From contig CAWHHI010000020.1 in NCBI GenBank assembly GCA_963829055.1, positions 480,001-544,000 on the forward strand: DNA of 64,000 nucleotides. The letters are read 5' to 3'. The notes under the pieces are model-generated. The model did no database searches. It was not told the origin of the DNA and saw only the letters and a program-made list of their open reading frames with translations. Position numbers and translations under genes: made by a program. This stretch comes from an uncultured Gemmatimonadaceae bacterium. GTDB taxonomy: Bacteria; Gemmatimonadota; Gemmatimonadetes; Gemmatimonadales; Gemmatimonadaceae. Every line of letters begins with the position of its first letter. Position 1 is the first letter of the stretch. This document shows, one piece after another, positions 55,026 to 64,000 of the stretch.

Positions 55026-55061
55026 CCCTAGTTCGGCCCCTAGTTCGGCCCCTAGTTCGGC
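55026..55061 (+). repeat. 12-bp tandem repeat CCCTAGTTCGGC x3
   Basis: Three perfect copies read directly from the sequence. Confidence 0.9.
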
Positions 55062-55117
55062 GCCGCCGCTGGCGCCACGGCGCGGTACCGCGCGGGCTTT
55101 CGCACCACCGTTGGAGG

Positions 55118-56324
55118 ATGAGAAGAATGATTGTCATGAGAAGGACTTCCGTGCTCGGCTCGTTCCTGGCCATTCTCCCTCGCCGTGACCGGCTGTCAAG
55201 ACGCTACGACCGCGCCCGCGACCGCACGTGTCGCGCCGCAAACTGCCCGCGCGGTGAAGTCGATGTCGAGTGGCCTTTTTCTCGACCGTGCGCGCTGCGA
55301 TTGCCGGCGGCGGCCCAGCTGGCCGATTTGGGCTTCTCGGGCGCGGGCGCGCGGCGCTTGATCGATCCGAACGACTACGAGTGTCCCGCGACGCCGTCGC
55401 CCCTCAACGCCTGGTTCATCGACAAGTTGACGCAGGTCGCCACGCAGGAACCCGATGTCTTCGACGCCTTGTTCTTCTACGCCATGCCCGACGTCCCGTG
55501 GCTCGAGGCGCTGCTCTTCGAGACCGAGGACACGCCCCAGTACTTCGGGTACAACGGCGAGTACACCAAGGTCCTGCTCAAGACCGAGAGGGATGTGAAG
55601 CGCTTCTGGGACATTCCCTCAGCGGACATCCAGATGATCGGTTTCCACGGCACCGTACTGCTGGACGCCGAGCGCGTCGCCGCGACGTACGTCGCCGCGT
55701 TCGAGGGGCCCAACGGACCCGTATCGCCCGAAGAAGGCGCGGAAGTGGCGGCCATCGTCAGGCGACGTGGTGCGCCGATCGCGGACGTTGAACGGTGGCA
55801 ACCACCCAGTCTTCAGCTTCAACGCCTTCGCGATTCCAATGTTGGACGAGTCGATCCCCGCCAAGATCCTCATGGGCGATGGGATTCTGGCTGGCTACGA
55901 TGCGATCGGTTTCGGCGACGTGGCGCCGCAGGCCGTCTACGCGCACGAGTTCGGACACCAGATCCAGTTCGCGAACGAGTATTTCGGTGACCCGTATGCG
56001 ACGTCGGGTAGCTTTGCCGAGCGCACTCGGTACACCGAGCTCATGGCCGACGCGATGTCCGCTTACTACCTCACACACAAGCGCGGGGCGGCGCTGAACC
56101 AGAAGCGCGTCGAGCAATTTCTTCAGGTCTTCTTTCAGATCGGGGACTGCGCGTTTGCCGACCCCGGTCACCACGGTACTCCGAACCAGCGGATGGCTGC
56201 GGCGCAGTTCGGGTTCGACCTCGCCGACCAGGCCCAGAAGCAGGGACACATCCTCACGGCCGAGCAATTCCATGCGCTCTTCGTGGCGGCGTACCCGAAG
56301 CTGATCGCTGCCGACCGGCGGTGA
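55118..56324 (+). CDS. Secreted neutral zinc metallopeptidase-like protein (frameshifts)
   Basis: HEFGHQIQ (HExxH), ELMAD, HGTPNQR; N-terminal signal-like segment. Confidence 0.7.
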
Positions 56325-56710
56325 ACGGTCCCGATGGCCAGCCCCGACCGGTAGACTAGACGCTACCGGGCAGGGCTTGGCCTCATCGAATGGGAAATGC
56401 TGTCCCCGCCTAACGAATGCTGGCTGGAACGGCCGGCGCTCTCGCCCAACGGACCCGAGGAACGCCCGCAAGGTCCGCGTGATCGAAGCGGCGCCAGATG
56501 TCGCGGGTGAAGGCGTCGAGCCGAGCGCGGTCCATCGTCGCCACCATGTCGCACCACACGTTCACGACGATCCGCGGCGCCGGGACTCGACATCGTGAAC
56601 GCCTCCATGATTGCGATGCGGACGCCGTCGCGTATTTCACAGCATTGCACACCTCATGTACGTTCGCGGTCGCGATTTTTCACTATGAGCCAAGAAAGGT
56701 ACGGTTGCGG

Positions 56711-56742
56711 AAACGGGCCTCCTAACCCGGGAGGCCCGTTTT
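56711..56742. terminator. Rho-independent terminator-like hairpin
   Basis: AAACGGGCCTCC-taacccg-GGAGGCCCGTTTT, downstream of tRNA-Cys. Confidence 0.7.
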
Positions 56743-56826
56743 CAAACCAGAATGTTGCCATTGATGTTGCCATTACGCGGCCGCGCGTACGAGCGACCGG
56801 TCCACGTAAGTCGTTGTCGCACAAAG

Positions 56827-56898
56827 AGGCGCCGGCCGGAATCGAACCGGCGAATAGCGGTTTTGCAGACCGCTGCCTTACCACTTGGCTACGGCGCC
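56827..56898 (-). tRNA. tRNA-Cys (GCA); CCA not encoded
   Basis: Reverse complement GGCGCCG TA GCC AAGTGGTAA GGC A GCGGT CTGCAAA ACCGC TATTC GCCGG TTCGATT CCGGC CGGCGCC T folds as a cloverleaf. Confidence 0.96.
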
Positions 56899-56958
56899 GT
56901 AAGGACTCTCAAGCTATTGGCCCGCTTGCTTGTTCTCAAGCCACGCCGTTGCGCCTCG

Positions 56959-59900
56959 TCAATTCTTCACGACGACGCTCGCCGTCCCGCTCTTCCCCTC
57001 GCTCGTCGCCGTGACCGTCGTCTCGCCCTCTCTCTGCGCCGTCACTATACCGCTCTGGGTCACCGTCGCGATCTGTATGTTCGAGCTCGACCACGCCACC
57101 GTTCGCCCCGTGAGAGCATTCCCGAGCGCGTCCCGGAGCGTCGCCGTGAGCGTGCCCGTACGCTGATTGTCCCTGTCACGAAGGTTGAGCGGCGACGGCG
57201 TCACCGTCACCGTCGCCACCGGCGCCGGCACCACCGTGACCGTCGCCGTTCCGCTCTTCCCCCCTGACGCTGCCGTGATCGTCGCGCTCCCGGGCAGGAG
57301 ACCCGTGACCACGCCGGCCTGGGTTACCGACGCGGTAAGCGGCTTGTCGCTCGACCACGCGACGGCCTGTTCGGCCATCACGCTGCCGTTCACGTCGCGC
57401 ACCGTCGCTGTCAGCGTGGTCGTCGCCGCCACACTCACGCTCGCCGTCGGCGGCGTGACGGTGACGCTCCCCACGGCCGGCGGTGCGACCGTGACAGTCA
57501 CCGTTCCCGTTCTCCCCTCGCTCGTCGCGGTGACCGTCGTGTTCCCGGCACCGACGGCCGTGATGAGGCCTGCTTGCGTGACGGTCGCGATGTTGGTGTT
57601 CGCGGAGCTCCACACCACGGCGCGGCCGGTGAGCGCGTTGCCCTGCGCGTCGCGTGGGGTGGCCGAGACCTGCTGGGTGCCGCCGATCGTCAGGTTGGCG
57701 GTGGTTGGAGCCACGACCACCGTGGCCACAGGCACCGCGGTCACGGTCACCGTCGCGGTGCCTGTCTTTCCTTCGCTCGTCGCGGTGATGGTCGTGCTGC
57801 CGGGCGCGACGGCGGTCACCGTCCCGTTAGGCGCCACCGTCGCGATGCCGGTGTTGCCCGAGGTCCACGTCACGGCGCGACCCGTGAGCACGGTGTTCCC
57901 CGCATCGCGAGTCGTCGCGGTGAGCGTCCCCGTCTGCCCTACCTGAAGTGGCAGTGTCGACGGAGCCACTGTCACCGTCGCCACAGCGGCTGGAGGCGGC
58001 GCCGTGACGGTGACGGTCGCGGTGCCAGTCTTTCCCTCGCTGGTCGCCGTGATCGTCGCCGATACCGACGCCGACCGCGGTCACGGTCCCGTTAGGCGCC
58101 ACCGTGGCGATCGCGGTGTTGCTCGAGCTCCAGGTAACCGCGCGACCGGTCAACACGTTGTTCGCCGCGTCACGGGTCGTCGCCGTCAGCGTTCCGGTCT
58201 GACCGGTCTGCAGCGGCAGCGTCGTCGGTGCGACGGTCACCGTCGCCACCGCGGCCGGGGGCGGGGCGGTCACCGTCACGGTTGCGGTCCCGGTCTTCCC
58301 TTCGCTCGTGGCGGTGATCGTCGCCGTCCCAACAGCCACCGCGGTCACGGTCCCGTTAGGCGCGACGGTCGCGACGGCAGTGTTGCTCGATGTCCACGAG
58401 ACGGCGCGGTCGGTCAGCACGTTGTTCCCGGCATCGCGCACGGTCGCGGTCAGGTTTCCGGTCTGCCCCGTCTGTAACGGGAGCGTTCCTGGTGCGACTG
58501 TCACCGTCGCGACCGGCACCGCGGTCACCGTGATCGTCGCCGTTCCGCTCTTGCCCTCGCTCGTCGCGGTGATCGTCGCCGTGCCGGGCGCGACACCGGT
58601 GACGACGCCCGCGTTGGACACCGTGGCGACGCCCGTGTTGCTGCTCGACCACGTCACCGCACGCCCGGTGAGCGTCGCGCCGTTGGCGTCGAGCGTCTGG
58701 GCCTGCAGCGTCGTCGTCTGACCCACGGTCACGCTCGCGGTCGGCGGCGTCACGTTCACGCTCGCCACCGGCGCCGGCGTCACGGTCACGGTCGCGGTGC
58801 CGTTCGTTCCCTCGCTCGACGCCGTGATCGTCACGGTGCCGGCCTTGAGACCGCTCACACGTCCGGTGCTCGAGACCACGGCGATGGCCTCGTCACTCGA
58901 GCTCCACCCGACGAGCCGCCCCTGCAACTCGGCCCCGCCCGCGTCGCGGACACTGGCCGAGAGTTGGGTGGCGCCGCCCACGGGCACGGTCGACGTCGGC
59001 GGGGTCACGACGACGCTCCCGACCGGCACCTGCCTAACGGTGACGGTCGCCGTGCCACCACGCCTTCGATGTTCGCGAAGATGATCGCGGTACCGGGCGC
59101 GAGGGCGGACACCGCCCCGCTCTGCGAGACCGTCGCGACGCTGGGCGCGCCGCTGGACCACGTCACCGTGCGCCCGCCAAGGTCCTGGCCGTTCGCTGCC
59201 TTGGCGGTCGCGGCGAGCTGCACGCCCTGACCGACGACCACGTTAGGCGCGTTCGGCGTCACGGTCACACTGGCGACCGGGATCGGCGTCACGGTCACGG
59301 TCGCCGTGCCGGTCTTGCCTTCACTCGTGGCGGTGATGGTCGTCGAACCGGGTGCGACTCCGGTGACGAGTCCGCTGGCCGATACCGTCGCGATGGCCGT
59401 GTTGCCGCTGGTAAACGAAACGGGTCGGCCCGCCAGCACGTTGCCCTGATCGTCGGTCACCTGCCCGCTCAGCTGCGTCGTTTGCCCGACGACGACGTTC
59501 GCCTGCCCCGGCGAGACGATCACCGAGCTGACCGGCTTGGGGCTGACGGTGATGCTGGCCGTTCCCGTCTTGCCCTCGGCCGCGGCCGTAATCGTCGCGC
59601 TTCCCGGCGCGATGGCGGTAACGAGGCCGGTGGACGACACGCTCGCGACGGCGGGTGCGCTCGTGGTCCACGCGACGACGCGACCCGCGAGCGCCGTGCC
59701 TGACGCATCGCGTGGCTCGGCACTCAACTGCGTCGTCTGGCCGGTGACGAGGGAGCTCGTACTCGGCGTCACGGCAACCGACGCGACCGGGACGGACGTG
59801 ACGGTGACAGTCGCGACCGAGTTCTTCCCCTCAGCGGTGGCGGTGATGATGCTGCTGCCGGACGCGAGCGCCGTGACGAGACCAGCCGAGTTGACGGTCG

Positions 59901-60393
59901 CGACGGTCGCGTTGCTCGTCGTGAACGTCACCGGTCGGCCGTCGAGCGCGTTGCCCTGCGCGTCCAGCGGCTGGGCGCTGAGCTGCATGGTCTGACCGAC
60001 GAGCAGGTCACGCGTCGTGGGCGTGAGCCTAACGCTGGCAACGGGTGTCGGAACGACGCTGACTTCGGCGATCGCGCTCTTTCCCTGCGCGCTCGCCGCG
60101 ATCTGCACCGTTCCGGTCGCCACCCCGGTAACGACGCCCGTGCTGGACACGGTCGCGACCGCGGGCTTTCCCGTCGCCCACGCGATCTTCACACCCGCCA
60201 ACGCTTTGCCCGACGCATCGAGCGCTTCGGCGGTGAGCGGTGCCGTCGACCCGACGGCGACTGTCGCCTTGGATGGCGCGATAACGACGGAGGCAACCGC
60301 GCTGCCGTCAGGGTCGAGTGAGTCGCTCTTGCAGGACAGGGCCGCGACGACGAACGCCGCGAGCCACCAGGTCTTCGATTGTAAGGACCGCAT
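56959..60393 (-). CDS. Surface lipoprotein with 13 bacterial Ig-like (Big_2-type) repeats (frameshifts near 59060 and 58065)
   Basis: Lipobox ALSC; repeated VASVxVTP...WSSS...VATV...G.ATITATSEGK.GTA units across three ORF pieces. Confidence 0.9.
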
Positions 60394-60501
60394 CAGCGAT
60401 CGCGGTTTGCAGGAATCGCACCCGGAGCGGAGGGCGGAGGGCGGAGGGCGGAGGAGATGGCGGACAGCGGACTCGGACGGCATGGCGGGAGCCAGCAGCG
60501 T

Positions 60502-62292
60502 TCAGCGGTCGTCACGACGGCCTCCTTCCGCCGTCCGCCTTCCGCTCACGTCGCGCAGCGCGACCTTCGTCACCCACTCCGTGAGCGTATCCAGCACCAC
60601 ATCCGGCACCGCGCTCGTCTCGAGGTGCGAGTACTCCGAGAAGGATCCCGTCTTCGACGGCAGAAAGAGATGGTTGAGCGTGGGGAACACCTTCACCGTC
60701 ACGCTCTTGTTGCCCGCCGCGCGGGCAGCGTCGGCGAGCATCGCCGCGTGCGCCTGAAGAACCTGCCGATCGCGTTCGCCCTGCAGGATCAGCAGCGGCT
60801 GCTTCACCTTCCGGATCGTCGGCAGCGGATCGTACGAGAAATACTCGCGAACCCAGGCAGTGGCCTTCTGTCCCGGGAGCTCACCGCCGGCAAGAAACGT
60901 CTTCACCACCTCCTTCTGCTGCTGACGAAGCGAGTCCCGCCTCGCCTCCGTCATCGTCGTGTCCGACTGCAGCATGTCCTCCTGCTGCTCGAAGGAGACG
61001 TCCGCGCCGCGCTTCGCGACGCCCGCCATCAGGACCACGGCCGCAAGCTTGGGGTCGCTCGCCGCGATCATCGCCGCGATCGACGCGCCCTCGCTGTGGC
61101 CGATCACGATGATGTGCTGCGGATCGATGTCCTTCCGCGCGCGCAGCCACGCGATCTGCGCCTTCGTGTCGTCGGCCAGCAACGTCGTCGTCGCGTTCTC
61201 GAGCGTCTCGCGTCCGGTCGAGCCGCCGATGCCGCGATCGTCCACGCGCAGCACGGCCACTCCGTTTGTCGCGAGTCGCTCCGCGATCTGACGGAACGGC
61301 GCGTACTGCTCCAGCCCGGGGAGCGCAATCCGCGAATCGCGCGTCTGCAGACCGGAGCCGGTGATCATCACGACCGCTGGGTACGCGCGCTTACCCGTCT
61401 TCGGCACGAGCAGCGTTCCGGCCAGTGAGTAGGTCGCGACCGGAATCGTGACTTCTTCCGCCGTGAACGCCGCGCCAGCCGGCGCCGAGTAGTCGATCCC
61501 GGTCGCCGCTGGGGCTGGGGGCGTCGAGGACGGAGTCGCCGGCTTCGCCGCTGAGAGCTTGGCTGACAACGCGGGGAGCCACTTCGCGTTCTCTGGACGC
61601 GCCGCGGTAAAGCCCTGCGTGGGAAGCGCGATGATCGCGAGTCGGCCGGCCGCGTCGCGCCAGAGAATCATCTCCTGCCCGACGAGGCGCATGGAGAAGC
61701 GCGTGAAGGTGGCGGACTCGCCGTTGTCGAGTCGCACCGCATCGGATGCCTGACGCTCGACCGTCGCCGTCATTTGCGGGAAGACCGGAACCTGCTGCAC
61801 GCCTCCCTTCGCCTCGTCATAGCGTGCGGCGACGAACACGTTCGGGTAGAAGATGTTTCCGCCCGACCACGACGCACCTGGCGTGTACGAGATCGTCTGT
61901 GATTGTCCGTTCGTGCTCAACGTCGCGGTTCCGTTCTCGTACTTGCCCGACTGGTCCAACGTTTGGCCCTGCGCCGTGCCCTTCGCCGACGACGCGAGCG
62001 GCAGCATGTCTGCACCGAGCTCGAGCGTCGTCGTCAGGTCGATCGCCATGGCGCCGGCCGCGAGCTGCGTGTGTCCGGTCGCCGAGTAGCGGCCATCTGG
62101 CTTACACGTGACCTCGAACGTCTCTCGGCCCAGCGACTTCCCGCCTGCAACGAGGTCGTACGTGCCTGCGCCGCACAGCGACCATTTCGACGGTGTGGTT
62201 GGCGACTTCGCCTGCGCGGCTGCCGGTTCATCCATGAAGGTCACGGCCGCTATGATCATCAGCGCGCTCGAGCGCGCTCGGTTCGTTGTCAT
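60502..62292 (-). CDS. Secreted alpha/beta hydrolase with N-terminal beta-rich domain
   Basis: Signal peptide; ITGSG, VDDRGIG, GHSEG nucleophile, LQGERDRQV, LNHLF. Confidence 0.88.
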   Translation of the reverse strand: MTTNRARSSALMIIAAVTFMDEPAAAQAKSPTTPSKWSLCGAGTYDLVAGGKSLGRETFEVTCKPDGRYSATGHTQLAAGAMAIDLTTTLELGADMLPLASSAKGTAQGQTLDQSGKYENGTATLSTNGQSQTISYTPGASWSGGNIFYPNVFVAARYDEAKGGVQQVPVFPQMTATVERQASDAVRLDNGESATFTRFSMRLVGQEMILWRDAAGRLAIIALPTQGFTAARPENAKWLPALSAKLSAAKPATPSSTPPAPAATGIDYSAPAGAAFTAEEVTIPVATYSLAGTLLVPKTGKRAYPAVVMITGSGLQTRDSRIALPGLEQYAPFRQIAERLATNGVAVLRVDDRGIGGSTGRETLENATTTLLADDTKAQIAWLRARKDIDPQHIIVIGHSEGASIAAMIAASDPKLAAVVLMAGVAKRGADVSFEQQEDMLQSDTTMTEARRDSLRQQQKEVVKTFLAGGELPGQKATAWVREYFSYDPLPTIRKVKQPLLILQGERDRQVLQAHAAMLADAARAAGNKSVTVKVFPTLNHLFLPSKTGSFSEYSHLETSAVPDVVLDTLTEWVTKVALRDVSGRRTAEGGRRDDR

Positions 62293-62357
62293 TGGATCCT
62301 CTGAGAGCTGACATGCGTCGACTTGCCTTGGGTACGTATGCGACGGCGATGCTTCGA

Positions 62358-62379
62358 TAATTAGCCAATTCTCTAATTA
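62358..62379. promoter_or_regulatory. AT-rich inverted repeat TAATTAG-N8-CTAATTA, probable operator
   Basis: Lies between the divergent starts at 62292 and 62470. Confidence 0.55.
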
Positions 62380-62469
62380 AATCAAGGTCGCAGCCGCGGG
62401 TAGGCTCCGGGCCTATCTTGTTCCGGGAACAGGCACCGGCACTTCACGCCAACTCCTCGATGAAGCAGC

Positions 62470-63444
62470 ATGCCCGAGACGCTCGCTGACCAGTCGCTCG
62501 TTTCGCACGCGCAGATGATCGCTGCGCGCGACGTGATCCGGTCGCGCCTGCATTACACGCCGTCGATGACGTCGGCGTACCTGTCCGATCGCATTGGTGC
62601 GCCGCTCCACCTCAAGCTCGAGCTCTTCCAGAAGACGGGATCGTTCAAGCCGCGTGGCGTGCTCAACCGTCTAGCGAATCTGACGGAAGCCGAGCGTCAG
62701 CGGGGGCTGATCACGTTGTCGGCGGGTAACCACGCGCAGGCCGTCGCCTGGGCTGCTCGGGAGTACGGTGTGCGGGCCACCGTCGTGATGCCGACGCGCG
62801 CGACACAGGCGAAGGTGGACGCGACGCGCGGCTACGGCGGCGACGTCATCCTCACCGATGGCGATCTGTTGGCGACCGCGCACGAGCTGCAACGCGCACG
62901 CGACCTGACGCTCATTCATCCGTTCGATGACCCGTTCGTCATCGCCGGTCAGGGAACGTTAGGCCTGGAGCTGCTCGAGCAGGTGCCGGACCTCGAGACG
63001 GTGGTCGTAGGGGTCGGAGGCGGCGGGCTCATCTCGGGTGTCGCGGCCGCGATCAAGGCGCTCAGGCCTAACGCGCGCGTCATCGGCGTCGAGCCGGAAG
63101 GCGCGCCGGGCATGACGGAGAGCCTGCGGCGCGGCGAAGCGGTGCGACTCGATGCCGTGAATACGGTGGCAGATGGACTCGCCGCTCCATTCGCGGGTCG
63201 TCTCAACTACTTCCACGTGCGCGAGCTGGTGGACGAGATGGTGCTCGTGACTGATGACGAGATCGTGTCGGCCATCCCGATCCTCATCGAGCGCTGCAAG
63301 GTCGTTCCGGAACCCGCAGCCGCGGCGGCCGTCGCGGCGCTCCTGTGCGGCAAGATCCGCGTGGCGACAGGATCGACGACGGTCGCGGTCGTGAGCGGAG
63401 GCAATATCGATCGAGCGCGACTCCGATCCCTGCTCGGCACCTAA
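62470..63444 (+). CDS. Threonine/serine dehydratase family PLP enzyme without ACT domain
   Basis: LKLELFQKTGSFKPRG, SAGNHAQAVA, HPFDD, VGGGGLISG, SGGNID. Confidence 0.93.
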   Translation: MPETLADQSLVSHAQMIAARDVIRSRLHYTPSMTSAYLSDRIGAPLHLKLELFQKTGSFKPRGVLNRLANLTEAERQRGLITLSAGNHAQAVAWAAREYGVRATVVMPTRATQAKVDATRGYGGDVILTDGDLLATAHELQRARDLTLIHPFDDPFVIAGQGTLGLELLEQVPDLETVVVGVGGGGLISGVAAAIKALRPNARVIGVEPEGAPGMTESLRRGEAVRLDAVNTVADGLAAPFAGRLNYFHVRELVDEMVLVTDDEIVSAIPILIERCKVVPEPAAAAAVAALLCGKIRVATGSTTVAVVSGGNIDRARLRSLLGT

Positions 63445-63490
63445 CGCACGTCGACAGGATTCCCGCTTCCGACAACCGAAACAGCAAACG

Positions 63491-63754
63491 CTACGGCAAC
63501 TGCAACGGCAACTGCAACTGCAGGACAGGATGGCCAGGATTGGCAGGATTGAGAAGATGACCGCTTCGGCGTCGGGAGCGTGTCGCCGGGGCCTAACGAA
63601 TGAAGGAACACATCTCGGGGAGAGTGGCGTCCCGAGCGGCCGTTCCCCTCATTCCGGGCTCGTTGCGGGAGGGGCCCTTAAGTGCGACACGGAGGCTCTG
63701 TTCAATCCTGTCCATCCTGGCCATCCTGTCAGGCCGTTGCCGTTGCCGTTGTAG
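63491..63754. repeat. Composite inverted repeat built from GCAAC and CAGGAT submotifs (REP/MITE-like)
   Basis: Left arm 63491-63553 resembles the reverse complement of right arm 63701-63754. Confidence 0.75.
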
Positions 63755-63849
63755 TTCTTGTCCTCTTCGGCTGATCCTGTCGCCCAGGATGGATGCGCCA
63801 ACTGACAATCGTTTGGGGACCCGACCGCCACGACTTCGCTCGGGTACGG

Positions 63850-63999
63850 CTATTCTCGGCTCCACCGCGCACTCGTCCCTCGCACGTCGATATGCGCGAA
63901 CGGGCCGCTCGTGCCCATGGCGTGATAGAGGCCAAGCCCACCGACGAGTGACGGGTGCGCCTTCTCCACCCGTTCCACCGCGCGCAGGATCACCTGCGT
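63850..63999 (-). CDS. C-terminus of a peptidase M15 / D-Ala-D-Ala carboxypeptidase-like protein (partial, runs off the window)
   Basis: Manual translation TQVILRAVERVEKAHPSLVGGLGLYHAMGTSGPFAHIDVRGTSARWSRE*; GGLGLY and HIDVRG motifs. Confidence 0.7.
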   Translation of the reverse strand, partial: TQVILRAVERVEKAHPSLVGGLGLYHAMGTSGPFAHIDVRGTSARWSRE

Positions 64000-64000
64000 G

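Noticed and set aside
55026..55061. CRISPR array
   Set aside because: 12-bp units without spacers, and no cas genes in the window.
1773..60393. Mass pseudogenisation or programmed frameshifting (about 20 split genes)
   Set aside because: Breaks are single-base indels spread across unrelated genes with intact motifs on both sides and no in-frame stops, typical of unpolished long-read consensus. Read-level checking is needed to confirm.
62350..62383. XerCD dif site
   Set aside because: No TTATGTTAAAT-like XerD arm at 6-bp spacing; a simple inverted repeat fits better.
253..63598. TTAGGC as a telomere-like repeat, or the motif as Chi/KOPS
   Set aside because: Copies are single and dispersed rather than tandem, and show no strand skew (about 30 vs 28).

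Overview
GC-rich (about 68% by eye) bacterial DNA. The gene repertoire (Ser/Thr kinases with TolB-like or TPR tails, a kinase-linked ECF sigma factor, a Big_2-repeat lipoprotein, many small lipoproteins) suggests Gemmatimonadota; this taxonomy is inference. About 20 genes carry single-base frameshifts, most likely long-read consensus errors. 0-28 kb is a cluster of uncharacterised envelope genes: about seven outer-membrane beta-barrels, DUF4136, DUF1254/DUF1214, DUF3300-DUF2950, MscS, DUF2092, a Gly/Asn-rich secreted protein, DUF4239 and two glycine-zipper proteins, together with a FixJ-type two-component module and a tandem double LysR. 28-56 kb is signalling-rich accessory DNA (histidine kinases, ECF sigma plus kinase, TPR kinase, STAND adenylate cyclase, glutamine synthetase-like enzyme, di-heme peroxidase). 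After that come tRNA-Cys(GCA), a 13-repeat Ig-like lipoprotein, an alpha/beta hydrolase and a threonine/serine dehydratase. Two DNA-level signals stand out. (1) An oriented operator, CC(G/A)(A/T)(A/G)GTNCAAT, lies 21-23 bp upstream of a -10-like hexamer in front of most transcription units of the envelope cluster, implying a shared activator-dependent regulon. (2) The heptamer CCTAACG/CGTTAGG occurs about 53 times by manual count, on both strands and inside genes in several reading frames via rare codons, i.e. a highly iterated dispersed motif.
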